Positions 15,119 through 24,743 of a DNA stretch of 30,805 nucleotides are shown here, piece after piece. A model generated the notes under the pieces. The model made no database searches. It was not told the origin of the DNA and worked only from the letters and a program-made list of their open reading frames with translations. The translations under genes were made by a program, and so were the position numbers. The DNA lies in the IMG/VR virus record IMGVR_UViG_3300017909_002289, positions 1-30,805 of that record; one strand, given 5' to 3'. The stretch's first letter is position 1; each line of letters opens with the position of its first letter. This DNA is from a virus (taxonomy: Duplodnaviria > Caudoviricetes).

Positions 15119-15550
15119 ATGAGTAAAATTTCAAAATTAATTGCAACTGAAACTATTACAGAAGTAGAGTATCCTGATATTGAAGGGTTTGTAATTAATG
15201 TTGCATACTTAACAAGAGAAGATTTAGTAAAAATTAGGAATCAAAGCCTAAGCTATAAGTTCAATAAACGCACTCGTCAAAGAGAAGAAGAAATTGATCA
15301 AGACAAGTTTTTAGAGGCTTATACTAAAAAAGCTATTAGAGGTTGGAAAGGTTTGAAAATGAAACACCTTCCTAACTTACTTCCTGTAGATTTAACAGGG
15401 GCTAATTTAGAAGAGGTTATTCCTTATACAGAGGAGGAAGCCCTAGACCTAATTAAATCTTCTACAGTTTTTGATCAGTTTATTACAGATTGCATGAGTG
15501 ATTTTGAGCAGTTCTCAGTAACCAAGAAAAAAAAAAAAAAAAAAAACTAA
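15119..15550 (+). CDS. Tail assembly chaperone (gpG-like)
   Basis: Lies between tail tube and tape measure. IRGWKGL motif. Ends in slippery A AAA AAC TAA. Confidence 0.88.
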   Translation: MSKISKLIATETITEVEYPDIEGFVINVAYLTREDLVKIRNQSLSYKFNKRTRQREEEIDQDKFLEAYTKKAIRGWKGLKMKHLPNLLPVDLTGANLEEVIPYTEEEALDLIKSSTVFDQFITDCMSDFEQFSVTKKKKKKKN

Positions 15551-15588
15551 TTAAGTACCTTCAAACTAATTTTGCAGGAGGAGGTATT
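15527..15588 (+). promoter_or_regulatory. Programmed -1 frameshift signal (A20 run, A_AAA_AAC, downstream hairpin)
   Basis: The -1 frame is open from 15547 into ORF 15610-15915. A 9-bp stem AGTACCTTC (15554-15562)/GGAGGTATT (15580-15588) begins 6 nt after the heptamer. Confidence 0.85.
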
Positions 15589-15915
15589 ACTAAAGAACAA
15601 TACTGGTTAATGGCAGAACAAATGGGTTGGGAAGATTTTGATGACGAGCCTATTGACCCTGCCGACTTATCTTTAGAAGCACAACAAGCTTTAGTTCTTA
15701 TGAATATCTTACCTGATAAAATAGAAGGTATGAATGGTGTTTGGTTAGGAAAAGAATACTCAGGGTTGTCTGACATTTTAACTATTTATCAAATGGTTAA
15801 TTGGAGAGATACCTTTGATATGTTACAGGTATGTATTCAGCAGTATTCTAAGTTTTACGATGAAAAACGCAAACAAGAAGAACGTAAAGCGAAAGCTGGT
15901 TCTAAGTTTAAATAG
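15547..15915 (+). CDS. Tail assembly chaperone frameshift extension (gpT-like part of gpGT)
   Basis: LIKYLQTNFAGGGITKEQYWL runs in frame into MAEQMGWE. ATG 15610 has no properly spaced SD. Confidence 0.82.
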   Translation, partial: LIKYLQTNFAGGGITKEQYWLMAEQMGWEDFDDEPIDPADLSLEAQQALVLMNILPDKIEGMNGVWLGKEYSGLSDILTIYQMVNWRDTFDMLQVCIQQYSKFYDEKRKQEERKAKAGSKFK

Positions 15916-15923
15916 GATGTATA

Positions 15924-18900
15924 ATGGCAACTAGACTTAATAAAGTAAAAATACAAGCAGAAACCTCTGGGTTTGATAAAGCCACTAAACAAACTAATCA
16001 ACTAAGTCAAGCTCAAGAAAGATCAACTAGATCAACTCAAAACTTAGGAAAAGCTTCTGCTGCTACAGGTAGACAGTTTGCGGCACAGGCTTCTGGGTTA
16101 GGAGGTTTTGTTGCTGCCTACGCTGGTGCCGCTGCTAACATTTTTGCTGTCCAGCAAGCTTTTTCGGCTTTGGCTCGTGCTTCTCAGGTCGAGACAACTA
16201 TTCGAGGTACTAGAGCATTAGCTGCTGAAATTGGCTTAAGTGGTGACGCCATTATTTCTAAACTGCAAGAAGTCACACAAGGACAGTTAACAGTAGCTGA
16301 AGCTGCGCAAAATGCTAACATTGCACTATCTGCAGGATTTAACACTGATCAAATAGCTGATCTTACAGAGGTAGCAACTAGAGCGTCTAAAGCTTTGGGT
16401 AGAAACTTAACCGAATCTCTACAAAGAGTATTTCGTGGTGCTATTAAGCTTGAGCCAGAACTATTAGACGAAATTGGTATTTTTACTCGTATCGAACCTG
16501 CTGTTGAAAAATATGCAGCATCCTTAAATAGAAGTGTTAGTTCCTTAACACAATTTGAGCGTAGACAGGCTTTTGCTACGGCAGTTATTGATGAAGGTCA
16601 AAGAAAATTCTCTGAAATTGACTTATCTTCTCGTAGCGCTCAAAAATCTCTTGAACAACTTTCCGCAAAATTCTTAGACTTAGCTACTAAAGTTGGTATA
16701 GCTGCTGCTAACTTTATTGAGCCTTTTGTATCTTTCTTATCAAAAGATTTTGGTAATACTCTTTTAGTATTGGGAGGAATCGGTACTTTAGTATTTAAAG
16801 GACTTGCACAACAAGTAGCTCAATTCACTGCCACTGCAACTACAGGATTAGCAAAGACTATGGGAGGATTAGAAAACTTCTCAAGAAGACTTGCTGGAAC
16901 TACTGAAAGATTTACTCAAGCTACTGCACAAGCACAAGGAGCTGCAGGAGCTTTTACTGGTATGGGAGCTTTTGCAGGAAGAAGAGAAGTAGCATCAGCG
17001 GCTACAGAAGCTAAAAGAAATGTTATGACAGGCTCTTTAGGATCTGTCGCAGAAGTAAAAGCGGCAAGAGAAGCATTAAAACTCCAGATAGCAGAAGAGC
17101 GAGCTTTTCAATCAGCTGTAAGAGATAGTAATAGAACTCTTGAACAAAAAACTGCAGCATTAGAAAAATCAAGAGGCAGAACTAAAGCATTAGTTGGCAC
17201 TATTAGAGAATTAGCTGTAGCAGAAAAACAAGCAGGGTTAGGTGCTAGATTTATGGCAAAAGCTGCTACTGTCGCTACAACAAGTATAACGGTGTTTGGA
17301 AACGCCATATCAGTAGTGTTATCAAAACTAAATTTAATCTTTTTTGCCGTAACTACCTTACAAGGAATTTTTCAACTGTTTGGAATTGATGCTTTAGGAA
17401 TTGTTATTGAAAAATTTAAGTCTTTAGGTGAAGAAAACAGAAAGACTGAAGCAGGATTTAACAGCTTAGTGTCTGCAGTTACAAAAGCAAATAAAGCTAT
17501 GCTTGAAGCGGCTGGTATTAATGCTAAACAATACGCTGATGGTGTAAGAAAATCTATAGAAAACACTGTCGGTCTTAATCAAGAACTCAGCGGAACTCAG
17601 AAATTTTTAAACAAATTTATTTTAGGAGATAAAACTAAGTTTGAAGTCAAGACCACTGATGCAGTGAGAGGATTAAAGCAACTACAATTAGCTCTTGAAG
17701 TTACTAAAGAGTTAGTGGACAAAGGCACTATATCACAAGAAGAAGGTGCCGTTAAAATTTCTCAATATGAAGATGCTATTAAAATAACCGAAAAAGGCTT
17801 AGAAAGATATTCTTATACTTTAGGTGTTGTCGCTGAGATGACAGGACTAACTGGAAAACAAACTGCTGCAGCCTTTGAGCAATTAAAAAAAGCAGGAGAT
17901 CTTAGAGAAGTAAATGGTCAGATTGTGTTATTTAATACCGCATTAGGTAAAATAGGAGAGGGAGGAACCGCTCAATTTGGCTCATTAGAGACACAAATAC
18001 TAGCAGCCACTACTAAAGCGAGTAATTTAACAACTAGTTTTGCAGATGCTTTTGATGCAGGATCAACAAATGCTGAAAAAGCTTCAAAAACTCTTTTAGG
18101 CTTAAATAATATCTTAGACGAATTAAATGAGCTACAAAAAAACGCAGGAGGAAATAACCAAGCGTTAGCTGATGCTATTAACGTTGTAACTTTTGAGCGC
18201 AATAAACAAAATAATACGACCAAAGAATTGGTAGCTACAGAAAAGCAGCTTCTAACCTTACGAAAAGCGTTTAGCAAAGAAATTAAAGCAGTTGATGATG
18301 CAGTCTCTTCAGGATTAGTAGGGATTGATGGTTCTATCGCCATCAACGCTTTAGAAAAAAGAGTCAACTTAAGTAAGATTTTAAATAAAGATTTAACCGC
18401 TTATAATGATTTGTTAGAGCGAGAAAAAGAAAAACTAGTAGATATAAATAATCTTAATCAGACTGATGCAGAAATCCAAAAAAGAGGAGAAGCTGCTTTA
18501 AAGGCTCAAATAGGCATATTAATACAGATGCCAGAACTTCTTGAAAAAACAAGGCTTGAAGAAGAAAAAAGAACTAGAGCAATTAATGCTCAGACAAGGT
18601 CTTTAGAACTACAAAGCAACTTATTAGCAGCTCAAGAAAAGTTAGCACAAAATAAACAAGCTCAAGATCTTTTAGCAATAGACAACAAAAGATTAGAGAT
18701 TGCACAAAAAAGATTAGACTTAATTAACATTAATACTGCAGAATTAGGAAGGCAGCGAAAAGTAGCAATTGATCTACTCAAACTTGAACAAGATCGAGAT
18801 AAGACTACCAGAGCTATTCAAAAGGCTCAAATAGAAAGCGCACAAGCTAGTGCTTCTGCTGATGATCAAAAAGCTCTATTAATGGCACAAATGAAAGTAG

Positions 18901-20726
18901 CTAAAGAAGCTAACTCTAGCTCACAAAGACAATTAGCAGCTAGACTTAATTTATTAAATGTAGAATTTGAAAACGAACAAAATGCTCTTGCAAGAAGAAA
19001 AGATATTGCTGAATTTGAAAAGAACGCAAAAATAGCTGAACTGAATGATAGAAAAAAGCTGCTTGAGATAGAAAACGCAAGTATTAATACTAGGGTAGAA
19101 GAGCTTAAAAATGCTTTTCGTAGAGAGTATGATGAGGTGATTGCTCCTAGAATTGCGATAGAGGATCGTAAAAGAGATTTAGACGCTGCTAATTTGGTGC
19201 TTCAACTAGAACAAGCAGAGGCACAAAGACAAATTAATATTGATAGAATTAATATCAATGAAGAAAATAAAAAAGCAGAGATGACTATACTAAGAGCTAA
19301 GTATGAACTTTTAGCTGAAGATGCTAGAATAGCGCAAGATGCTTTAAATGCAAGAGGTAAGTTACAAGAGAAAGAGGCTAAGATTTTAAATGGCATTTTA
19401 GAAGCTCTTGGAATAGAACAAAAGATAAAGTTTGAATCAGTTGGAGACTTTGATTTTGCAAAAGATATTGGTGCCAGATTTATTAAATTTGCTGATGATG
19501 CTGATACAAAGCTTTCTGCAAACTTCCAAAAACAAAGAGACCTTGCGGATCGTCAGTCTAAAATTACTACCGATGATATTCAAAATAGGTTAGATATTCA
19601 TAACACTATAACAGGATTACTTGAAGAAGAAAGAAGACTAGACGAACAAATAAGAACTGCTGGTTTAAACGCTAGTGTTCAAGAACTCAGAGACCAACAA
19701 GCCTTAAACAGACAAAAAATTAGTAATATAGCTGGACAAATTGGTCTTGAAGAAGAGCTATTTAAGAAAATAATGAATCAACTTGATCAAGAGGGTCAAT
19801 TAGCTTTATTAAATCATCTAGAGAAGGTAAGACAGACAAAAGTAGAATATGATACTTTAGAAAATCTAGCAGCATCTTTACAAAACAAAATAGGCGGAAC
19901 TTTAACAGAATCAGTTAACAGTTTCTTTGATGCTATTAGTCAAGGTACTTTAACTACTAGAACTTTCAGAGACGGAGTTAATGATTTATTTATCAGTATT
20001 CTTGGAGATATTAGACAATCCTTTATCGATGAGTTAATAAACAACCCTATTAAAGACTTAGTTAAAGATTTTGTTCAAGATAAGGTAAAACCAGCTGTTG
20101 GCGATCTATTCAAGAAAAAATCAGCAGATGGTTCAGCTGCTTTAACAGGTGCGACTGTCGATCCTGGATTAGCAAAGGGTCAAACAGGAATAATCGAGTC
20201 AAAAGGAGCAGAGATCACCTCTGGCATTTCTAATATTATGGCAAATGTTAAAGGAACGACTATTGCTGCCTTTGGCGGGGTACTAGCAGCTACAGGCAAC
20301 TTCAAAACTGCAATCATTGCTGCTTTTGTAGAAATGTTTGTTCGTATCATGGCAGAAAAAGCTGCTACTGCGTTTGCTCTAGCGGCTTCTGGAGGAGAAA
20401 TTGGTAGATATGGAGCAGTTCAACGCTTTGCAAAAGGCGGTCCAGTAAATAAATTACGTGATAGAGTTCCTGCATTGCTTGAGCCTGGTGAGTTTGTAAT
20501 TCGTAAACCTGCTGCAAAAGCTATTGGAGGTTCTGCTTTAAATCAGCTTAACGCTACAGGTAAAATGAATTCTAATCCTAATGTAACAGTTAATGTTCAA
20601 AATAATGGTACTCCTCAAGAAGTTGAGACTAGCACTGTTCGTAATGATATGGGTCAGCTCGTAATTGACCTAGTTGTAAAAGATATTCAAAATAATGGTA
20701 GAGTAAGAAAGGCAATGAGAGGTTAA
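15924..20726 (+). CDS. Tape measure protein
   Basis: 1600 aa, Ala-rich/coiled-coil with hydrophobic segments. T5 pb2-like N-terminus (AAYAGAAANIFAVQQAF, KLEPELLDEIGI). C-terminal FAKGG...VPALLEPGEFVI motif. Confidence 0.96.
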   Translation: MATRLNKVKIQAETSGFDKATKQTNQLSQAQERSTRSTQNLGKASAATGRQFAAQASGLGGFVAAYAGAAANIFAVQQAFSALARASQVETTIRGTRALAAEIGLSGDAIISKLQEVTQGQLTVAEAAQNANIALSAGFNTDQIADLTEVATRASKALGRNLTESLQRVFRGAIKLEPELLDEIGIFTRIEPAVEKYAASLNRSVSSLTQFERRQAFATAVIDEGQRKFSEIDLSSRSAQKSLEQLSAKFLDLATKVGIAAANFIEPFVSFLSKDFGNTLLVLGGIGTLVFKGLAQQVAQFTATATTGLAKTMGGLENFSRRLAGTTERFTQATAQAQGAAGAFTGMGAFAGRREVASAATEAKRNVMTGSLGSVAEVKAAREALKLQIAEERAFQSAVRDSNRTLEQKTAALEKSRGRTKALVGTIRELAVAEKQAGLGARFMAKAATVATTSITVFGNAISVVLSKLNLIFFAVTTLQGIFQLFGIDALGIVIEKFKSLGEENRKTEAGFNSLVSAVTKANKAMLEAAGINAKQYADGVRKSIENTVGLNQELSGTQKFLNKFILGDKTKFEVKTTDAVRGLKQLQLALEVTKELVDKGTISQEEGAVKISQYEDAIKITEKGLERYSYTLGVVAEMTGLTGKQTAAAFEQLKKAGDLREVNGQIVLFNTALGKIGEGGTAQFGSLETQILAATTKASNLTTSFADAFDAGSTNAEKASKTLLGLNNILDELNELQKNAGGNNQALADAINVVTFERNKQNNTTKELVATEKQLLTLRKAFSKEIKAVDDAVSSGLVGIDGSIAINALEKRVNLSKILNKDLTAYNDLLEREKEKLVDINNLNQTDAEIQKRGEAALKAQIGILIQMPELLEKTRLEEEKRTRAINAQTRSLELQSNLLAAQEKLAQNKQAQDLLAIDNKRLEIAQKRLDLININTAELGRQRKVAIDLLKLEQDRDKTTRAIQKAQIESAQASASADDQKALLMAQMKVAKEANSSSQRQLAARLNLLNVEFENEQNALARRKDIAEFEKNAKIAELNDRKKLLEIENASINTRVEELKNAFRREYDEVIAPRIAIEDRKRDLDAANLVLQLEQAEAQRQINIDRININEENKKAEMTILRAKYELLAEDARIAQDALNARGKLQEKEAKILNGILEALGIEQKIKFESVGDFDFAKDIGARFIKFADDADTKLSANFQKQRDLADRQSKITTDDIQNRLDIHNTITGLLEEERRLDEQIRTAGLNASVQELRDQQALNRQKISNIAGQIGLEEELFKKIMNQLDQEGQLALLNHLEKVRQTKVEYDTLENLAASLQNKIGGTLTESVNSFFDAISQGTLTTRTFRDGVNDLFISILGDIRQSFIDELINNPIKDLVKDFVQDKVKPAVGDLFKKKSADGSAALTGATVDPGLAKGQTGIIESKGAEITSGISNIMANVKGTTIAAFGGVLAATGNFKTAIIAAFVEMFVRIMAEKAATAFALAASGGEIGRYGAVQRFAKGGPVNKLRDRVPALLEPGEFVIRKPAAKAIGGSALNQLNATGKMNSNPNVTVNVQNNGTPQEVETSTVRNDMGQLVIDLVVKDIQNNGRVRKAMRG

Positions 20727-20728
20727 TC

Positions 20729-21739
20729 ATGGCAAGAAAAAGATACCCAAACGATGCAACATTTAATCCTCTGTTAATTCCTGCTCTTTCAAGAATTACG
20801 TATACAGCAGGAGGTTCACAAACTAGCTTTAATCTATCTGAAGCCGCAGAAAAAGTCGGTGAGGTAGTGGCTGTCCTTGATGGTATCCCTCAATCAACAG
20901 ATACTTATTCCTTAAGTAATACTAATACTCTAAATGCTAGTTTAAAAAATACAATAACCTTTAATGATGCTCCTGCTTCTGGAGTTACTGTTGAGCTTAG
21001 AGTAATTAGAATTCCTCCGTCCTTTGAAATTTTAAGGTCATTTCCTGACGTAAAATCAATTACATATTCTGGTTCTAATGTTACAGTGAGTGGTAATAGT
21101 TACGTTATTGATGGAAGTCAGCTTAATTTTGCGCTTCCTGAGAATAGTCTTGTAGATGTAAAAGATGATTTAATTGTTACTATTGGTGGTATTACACAGA
21201 ATCAAGATCAGTATACTTTTCCTTCTCCTACTCTTGGAAAACAAGGTATCAAGATAGGCTCTGATGCTGCAGGAACTATTCCTTTTTCTAACACTACTGT
21301 AGCTCCTACCGCTGGAATTAATACTTTATCTATTACTTCTTTTAATAAGGATGAGGTAATTACTAGATTAGACTCTATGGCTGACAAGAAACCAGATCGT
21401 TCTGGTATTCAAACTAATCAACAGTTTAACTATGAGCGAGCAGAGATGCAAGCAGGATACGAAAAACGTAGACTAATAAGTCGTAGACCAAAAAGAACAT
21501 TTTCTATTCAGTATACTAATGTAACAGGCCTAGTTAAATCAGCTATCGAGGAGTTTTATCGTGCTAGATCAGGTGGATTTGAATCATTCTTATTTGAGTT
21601 AACTCATATTAATGAGCCAGGCACCGTTACAACGCGCTTTGAAGGTCCTTTAAATATAACTCAAGTATTATCTGCCGGTACAAATCCAATAGATAATTTT
21701 TATACAATTAGCTTTGATTTACAAGAGGTCTTTGATTAA
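20729..21739 (+). CDS. Distal tail protein (lambda gpM-like) with N-terminal accessory domains
   Basis: The C-terminal ~110 aa (AGYEKRR...PKRTFSIQY...IEEFYRARSGGFESFLF...ISFDLQEVF) is gpM-like. The N-terminus has two copies of the beta domain seen in ORF 16-951. Confidence 0.8.
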   Translation: MARKRYPNDATFNPLLIPALSRITYTAGGSQTSFNLSEAAEKVGEVVAVLDGIPQSTDTYSLSNTNTLNASLKNTITFNDAPASGVTVELRVIRIPPSFEILRSFPDVKSITYSGSNVTVSGNSYVIDGSQLNFALPENSLVDVKDDLIVTIGGITQNQDQYTFPSPTLGKQGIKIGSDAAGTIPFSNTTVAPTAGINTLSITSFNKDEVITRLDSMADKKPDRSGIQTNQQFNYERAEMQAGYEKRRLISRRPKRTFSIQYTNVTGLVKSAIEEFYRARSGGFESFLFELTHINEPGTVTTRFEGPLNITQVLSAGTNPIDNFYTISFDLQEVFD

Positions 21740-23274
21740 TGTCAACTCGTGCATATGATTATACTTTAACTCTTACAGGCGGTAACTTAGACAATTATTT
21801 TAAAGATAATGTTGTCGTTGGTAGTTCTACAGCAACTGAAGGTAGAATTGTAGCTGTAGATAAATCTAATAGTCAGATAAAAGTAAAAGTAGCAAATTCG
21901 TTACACAACTTTTCTTCTGGAGAATCTGTTAGTATCCAATCTGTAGTAACTACAGGAGGAGACACTAGCTTAGCCTTTGGAGACTCAACTTTTTCTACTC
22001 CTCAATATAGCTCTACTACAAGTTCCTCTAGTAGAAGTATTTCTTCTATTGAATTAAGTGGTTTTTCTACTTTTAAAAATGCTACTGAACAATCTCCTAT
22101 TGTTAGGCTGCTCTCTATCTATTATCCTGGAGAGTTTTATCCCCCAAATAAAAACGGTAACCCTTCAAACGCTGGAGAGGGATTAGCTTGGCCTGTTGGA
22201 TTTCCTTACTATTTTGCATCTGTTCAAGGAGATGTATTATCTGATTTAGAGTATAGAGCACACCATGATGGAAATGAATATTTAGTTTATCCTATTAATT
22301 TTGGAGGCACTGATATCTCTACTGACGGTAGAGTAAATCAAACTACTGTTGAGATATCTAACTTTGATAACTTAATAGCATCAATAGTAGAAGATCCCTA
22401 TATTTCTGGTAATAATACAAGTAATTCTGTATATGCAACAGTTGGAGGTCAAATTGTAGCTAACATTGATCCGCGAACAGTGCCAGGAACAACAAGTAAT
22501 CCAGACGGTTTGAATTATGATCAAACTGTTGTAGATGGAGTCTACGCAGGTATTTCTAACTCTGCTTTTACATATGCTCAGACTCAAGCCGTAAATGGTA
22601 CGTGGAAACAGTCTAAACAAGATTCAAGAGATTTGTTAGGAGGAGTCGTTGAAGTAAAAACAACCTTTGCTAGTTGTCTTGATTATTGGCCAGAATATAG
22701 TACTGTAAGAGATAGCAGAGCAAACGTAGTTGAGGTATACTCTTCGTTACCATATAGGGTAGGAGATAATGTAATTGTTTCTGGTAGTTCTACTAAACAC
22801 TCTATCGTAAAAGAAGTAAGAGGCAACTTCCTACAACTTGAGAACAGTATTAGTACAGTAATAGGAGATAAACTATTTATTGTTAATCCTTCTAGAGATC
22901 CTCATGCCTATGTAGAAGATGTTTTTAGAATTGAATCTTTAACAGGTCTAAATTCTTTAGTTGCTTCTTTTAGTTTAACAAACTGGCTTGAGTATTTTAA
23001 ATTTGTATTACCTAAACGAAGATTTTATAAAAACACTTGTCAATGGGTGTATAAAGGAGAAGAGTGTCAGTATCCAGAAAACGGAACAGGATCAATTCCA
23101 GGATATCCAACAGGAAAAACAAAAACAGCAAATGGATTTTTTACTATTAATAATGCAACAACATCAGATCAAAGCGAAGATGTATGTGCAAAGAACTATG
23201 AAGCTTGTAGTTTAAGAAATAATCAAGTACATTTTGGGGGATTTATTGCAACAGGAAGAACTATACCAAAATAA
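21739..23274 (+). CDS. Tail tip protein L (lambda gpL-like, Fe-S binding), enlarged
   Basis: YLVYPI...TTVEISN, DLLGGVVEVKTTFASCLD, LPKRRFYKNTCQWVYKGEEC...CAKNYEACSLR...FGGF, carrying the CX8C...CX6C cysteines. Confidence 0.9.
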   Translation: MSTRAYDYTLTLTGGNLDNYFKDNVVVGSSTATEGRIVAVDKSNSQIKVKVANSLHNFSSGESVSIQSVVTTGGDTSLAFGDSTFSTPQYSSTTSSSSRSISSIELSGFSTFKNATEQSPIVRLLSIYYPGEFYPPNKNGNPSNAGEGLAWPVGFPYYFASVQGDVLSDLEYRAHHDGNEYLVYPINFGGTDISTDGRVNQTTVEISNFDNLIASIVEDPYISGNNTSNSVYATVGGQIVANIDPRTVPGTTSNPDGLNYDQTVVDGVYAGISNSAFTYAQTQAVNGTWKQSKQDSRDLLGGVVEVKTTFASCLDYWPEYSTVRDSRANVVEVYSSLPYRVGDNVIVSGSSTKHSIVKEVRGNFLQLENSISTVIGDKLFIVNPSRDPHAYVEDVFRIESLTGLNSLVASFSLTNWLEYFKFVLPKRRFYKNTCQWVYKGEECQYPENGTGSIPGYPTGKTKTANGFFTINNATTSDQSEDVCAKNYEACSLRNNQVHFGGFIATGRTIPK

Positions 23275-23296
23275 CTATGAAAAAGCTTTGGCAACT

Positions 23297-23731
23297 ATGC
23301 CAGACTGGATCACTACATATTTAGGTATTCCATATCGTCACTTAGGTGATGATTTAGAAAGAGGAATAGATTGCGGTAATTTGTGCGCACGAGTTTTAAA
23401 AGATCAAGTGGGAGAAGATATACCGTTAAAAACATATGATGTTTGTGATATTGTAGAAGAAGATTGGTACAGAAAAACTCATCAACGCTGGTTTGAAGAA
23501 ACATTTAAAAATATAGAAAATGGTTTTATAGAGATTGACAATTTACAGCCGTTTGATATAATATTAATGAGTATAGGAAGTTCAAACATTACTAATCACT
23601 GCGCTTTGTATATTGGTAATAATAAGATGCTGCAGACAATGGTTGATCATACGTCTTGGATAGCTCCGTATGGTAAATGGTACAAAAGATATACAGTGGG
23701 GAAGTATAGATGGAAAAACTTACAGTTTTAA
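23297..23731 (+). CDS. NlpC/P60 peptidase (corresponds to the C-terminal domain of lambda gpK)
   Basis: YLGIPYRHLG...GIDCGNL (catalytic Cys), NHCALYIGNNKMLQ (His). Start uncertain, with ATG 23297 preferred over 23234. Confidence 0.9.
   Translation: MPDWITTYLGIPYRHLGDDLERGIDCGNLCARVLKDQVGEDIPLKTYDVCDIVEEDWYRKTHQRWFEETFKNIENGFIEIDNLQPFDIILMSIGSSNITNHCALYIGNNKMLQTMVDHTSWIAPYGKWYKRYTVGKYRWKNLQF
23535..23562 (+). promoter_or_regulatory. Consensus sigma70 promoter inside the NlpC/P60 gene
   Basis: TTGACA (23535-23540), 16 nt, TATAAT (23557-23562), with extended -10 TG at 23554-23555. Confidence 0.6.
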
Positions 23732-24075
23732 AAGAGGAGTTTAAAAAACACTCACTAGAAGAGTATCCTAAAGAGTGTTGTGGTATTATTACTAAAGACT
23801 TTGAATATATTCCTTGTAAAAACATAAGTAGTGATCCAATAAATACTTTTGTTTTAGACCCTGTTGCTTTAATTACTTACGAAGATGATTGTTGGGGAGT
23901 ATTTCATTCTCATCCTGATGAAGAACCTACTCCTTCTATTTTAGACGGTAAAAAAATAGCTAATAATGAGTTAAAATACTTAGTTGGGTGGGATGATAAT
24001 ATATTTATGTACTGGTTTGATGAGTCTATTCAAAGCACTAGATTTAAAAGACTACAGGAAGACATGTTACAATGA
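23710..24075 (+). CDS. JAB/MPN metalloprotease (corresponds to the N-terminal domain of lambda gpK)
   Basis: YPKECCG (Glu), PCKNIS, and an intact JAMM motif HSHPxxxxxPSxxD. Confidence 0.92.
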   Translation: MEKLTVLKEEFKKHSLEEYPKECCGIITKDFEYIPCKNISSDPINTFVLDPVALITYEDDCWGVFHSHPDEEPTPSILDGKKIANNELKYLVGWDDNIFMYWFDESIQSTRFKRLQEDMLQ

Positions 24076-24740
24076 AAATTAAGTTAAAATTTCACAAAAC
24101 ACTATTAAAGTATACAGATGAAGTAAGAGATGTGACTTTTGATGTCACAACTTATGGACAACTAATTTCAGCTATTGAAGCCTCATTTCCTAAGTTAAAA
24201 AGCATTATAAAACAGATAAAAAATAGACAAACAACTGATAATTTTAGCTTAGTTGATTTAGATAAAGAACGAGTTTTGACTTTTAACGACTACATGAGTA
24301 AAAAGATTCGTTCTGTAAATCTTTGTTTGTCGCCTATAGTAGCTGGAGGAAAATCCAATTTAGAAACTGCTATTCTCGCAACGGCTTTAATAGTAGCCTC
24401 TTTTTACATACCAGGAAGTGCAGAAATAGCGGGGATAGCTCTTAACCAGGTAGTGTTTACTGTAGGTGTTACAATGTTGACCAGTGCTGTAACTGCTGAG
24501 TTAATGAAGCCCCCTAAGAAAGATGGCACAGATGAAGAAGCTAGAGAAAATGATGCTTTTGGGGCGTTACAACACACTATTGCTTCTGGCACTCCTATTC
24601 CGCTTGTGTATGGAAGACATAGAGTGGCAGGTCAATTTTTAAGTGGGGAGATAAGAACTCTAGAAAAGCCACCTCAAAGAAAGAATCAATCTAATATAAT
24701 GAAAGACATATTTAAATCAAGTTATGGAAGTTTATTTTAA
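24072..24740 (+). CDS. Tail assembly protein I (lambda gpI-like, ubiquitin-like N-terminus)
   Basis: Beta-grasp-like N-terminus ending PIVAGG, a hydrophobic segment, and GTPIPLVYGRHRVAGQFLS. Confidence 0.9.
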   Translation: MKIKLKFHKTLLKYTDEVRDVTFDVTTYGQLISAIEASFPKLKSIIKQIKNRQTTDNFSLVDLDKERVLTFNDYMSKKIRSVNLCLSPIVAGGKSNLETAILATALIVASFYIPGSAEIAGIALNQVVFTVGVTMLTSAVTAELMKPPKKDGTDEEARENDAFGALQHTIASGTPIPLVYGRHRVAGQFLSGEIRTLEKPPQRKNQSNIMKDIFKSSYGSLF

Positions 24741-24743
24741 ACA

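Noticed and set aside
15610-15915. Independent gene starting at ATG 15610
   Set aside because: The nearest GGAGG is about 25 nt upstream and inside a hairpin. The ORF is better explained as the -1 frameshift extension.
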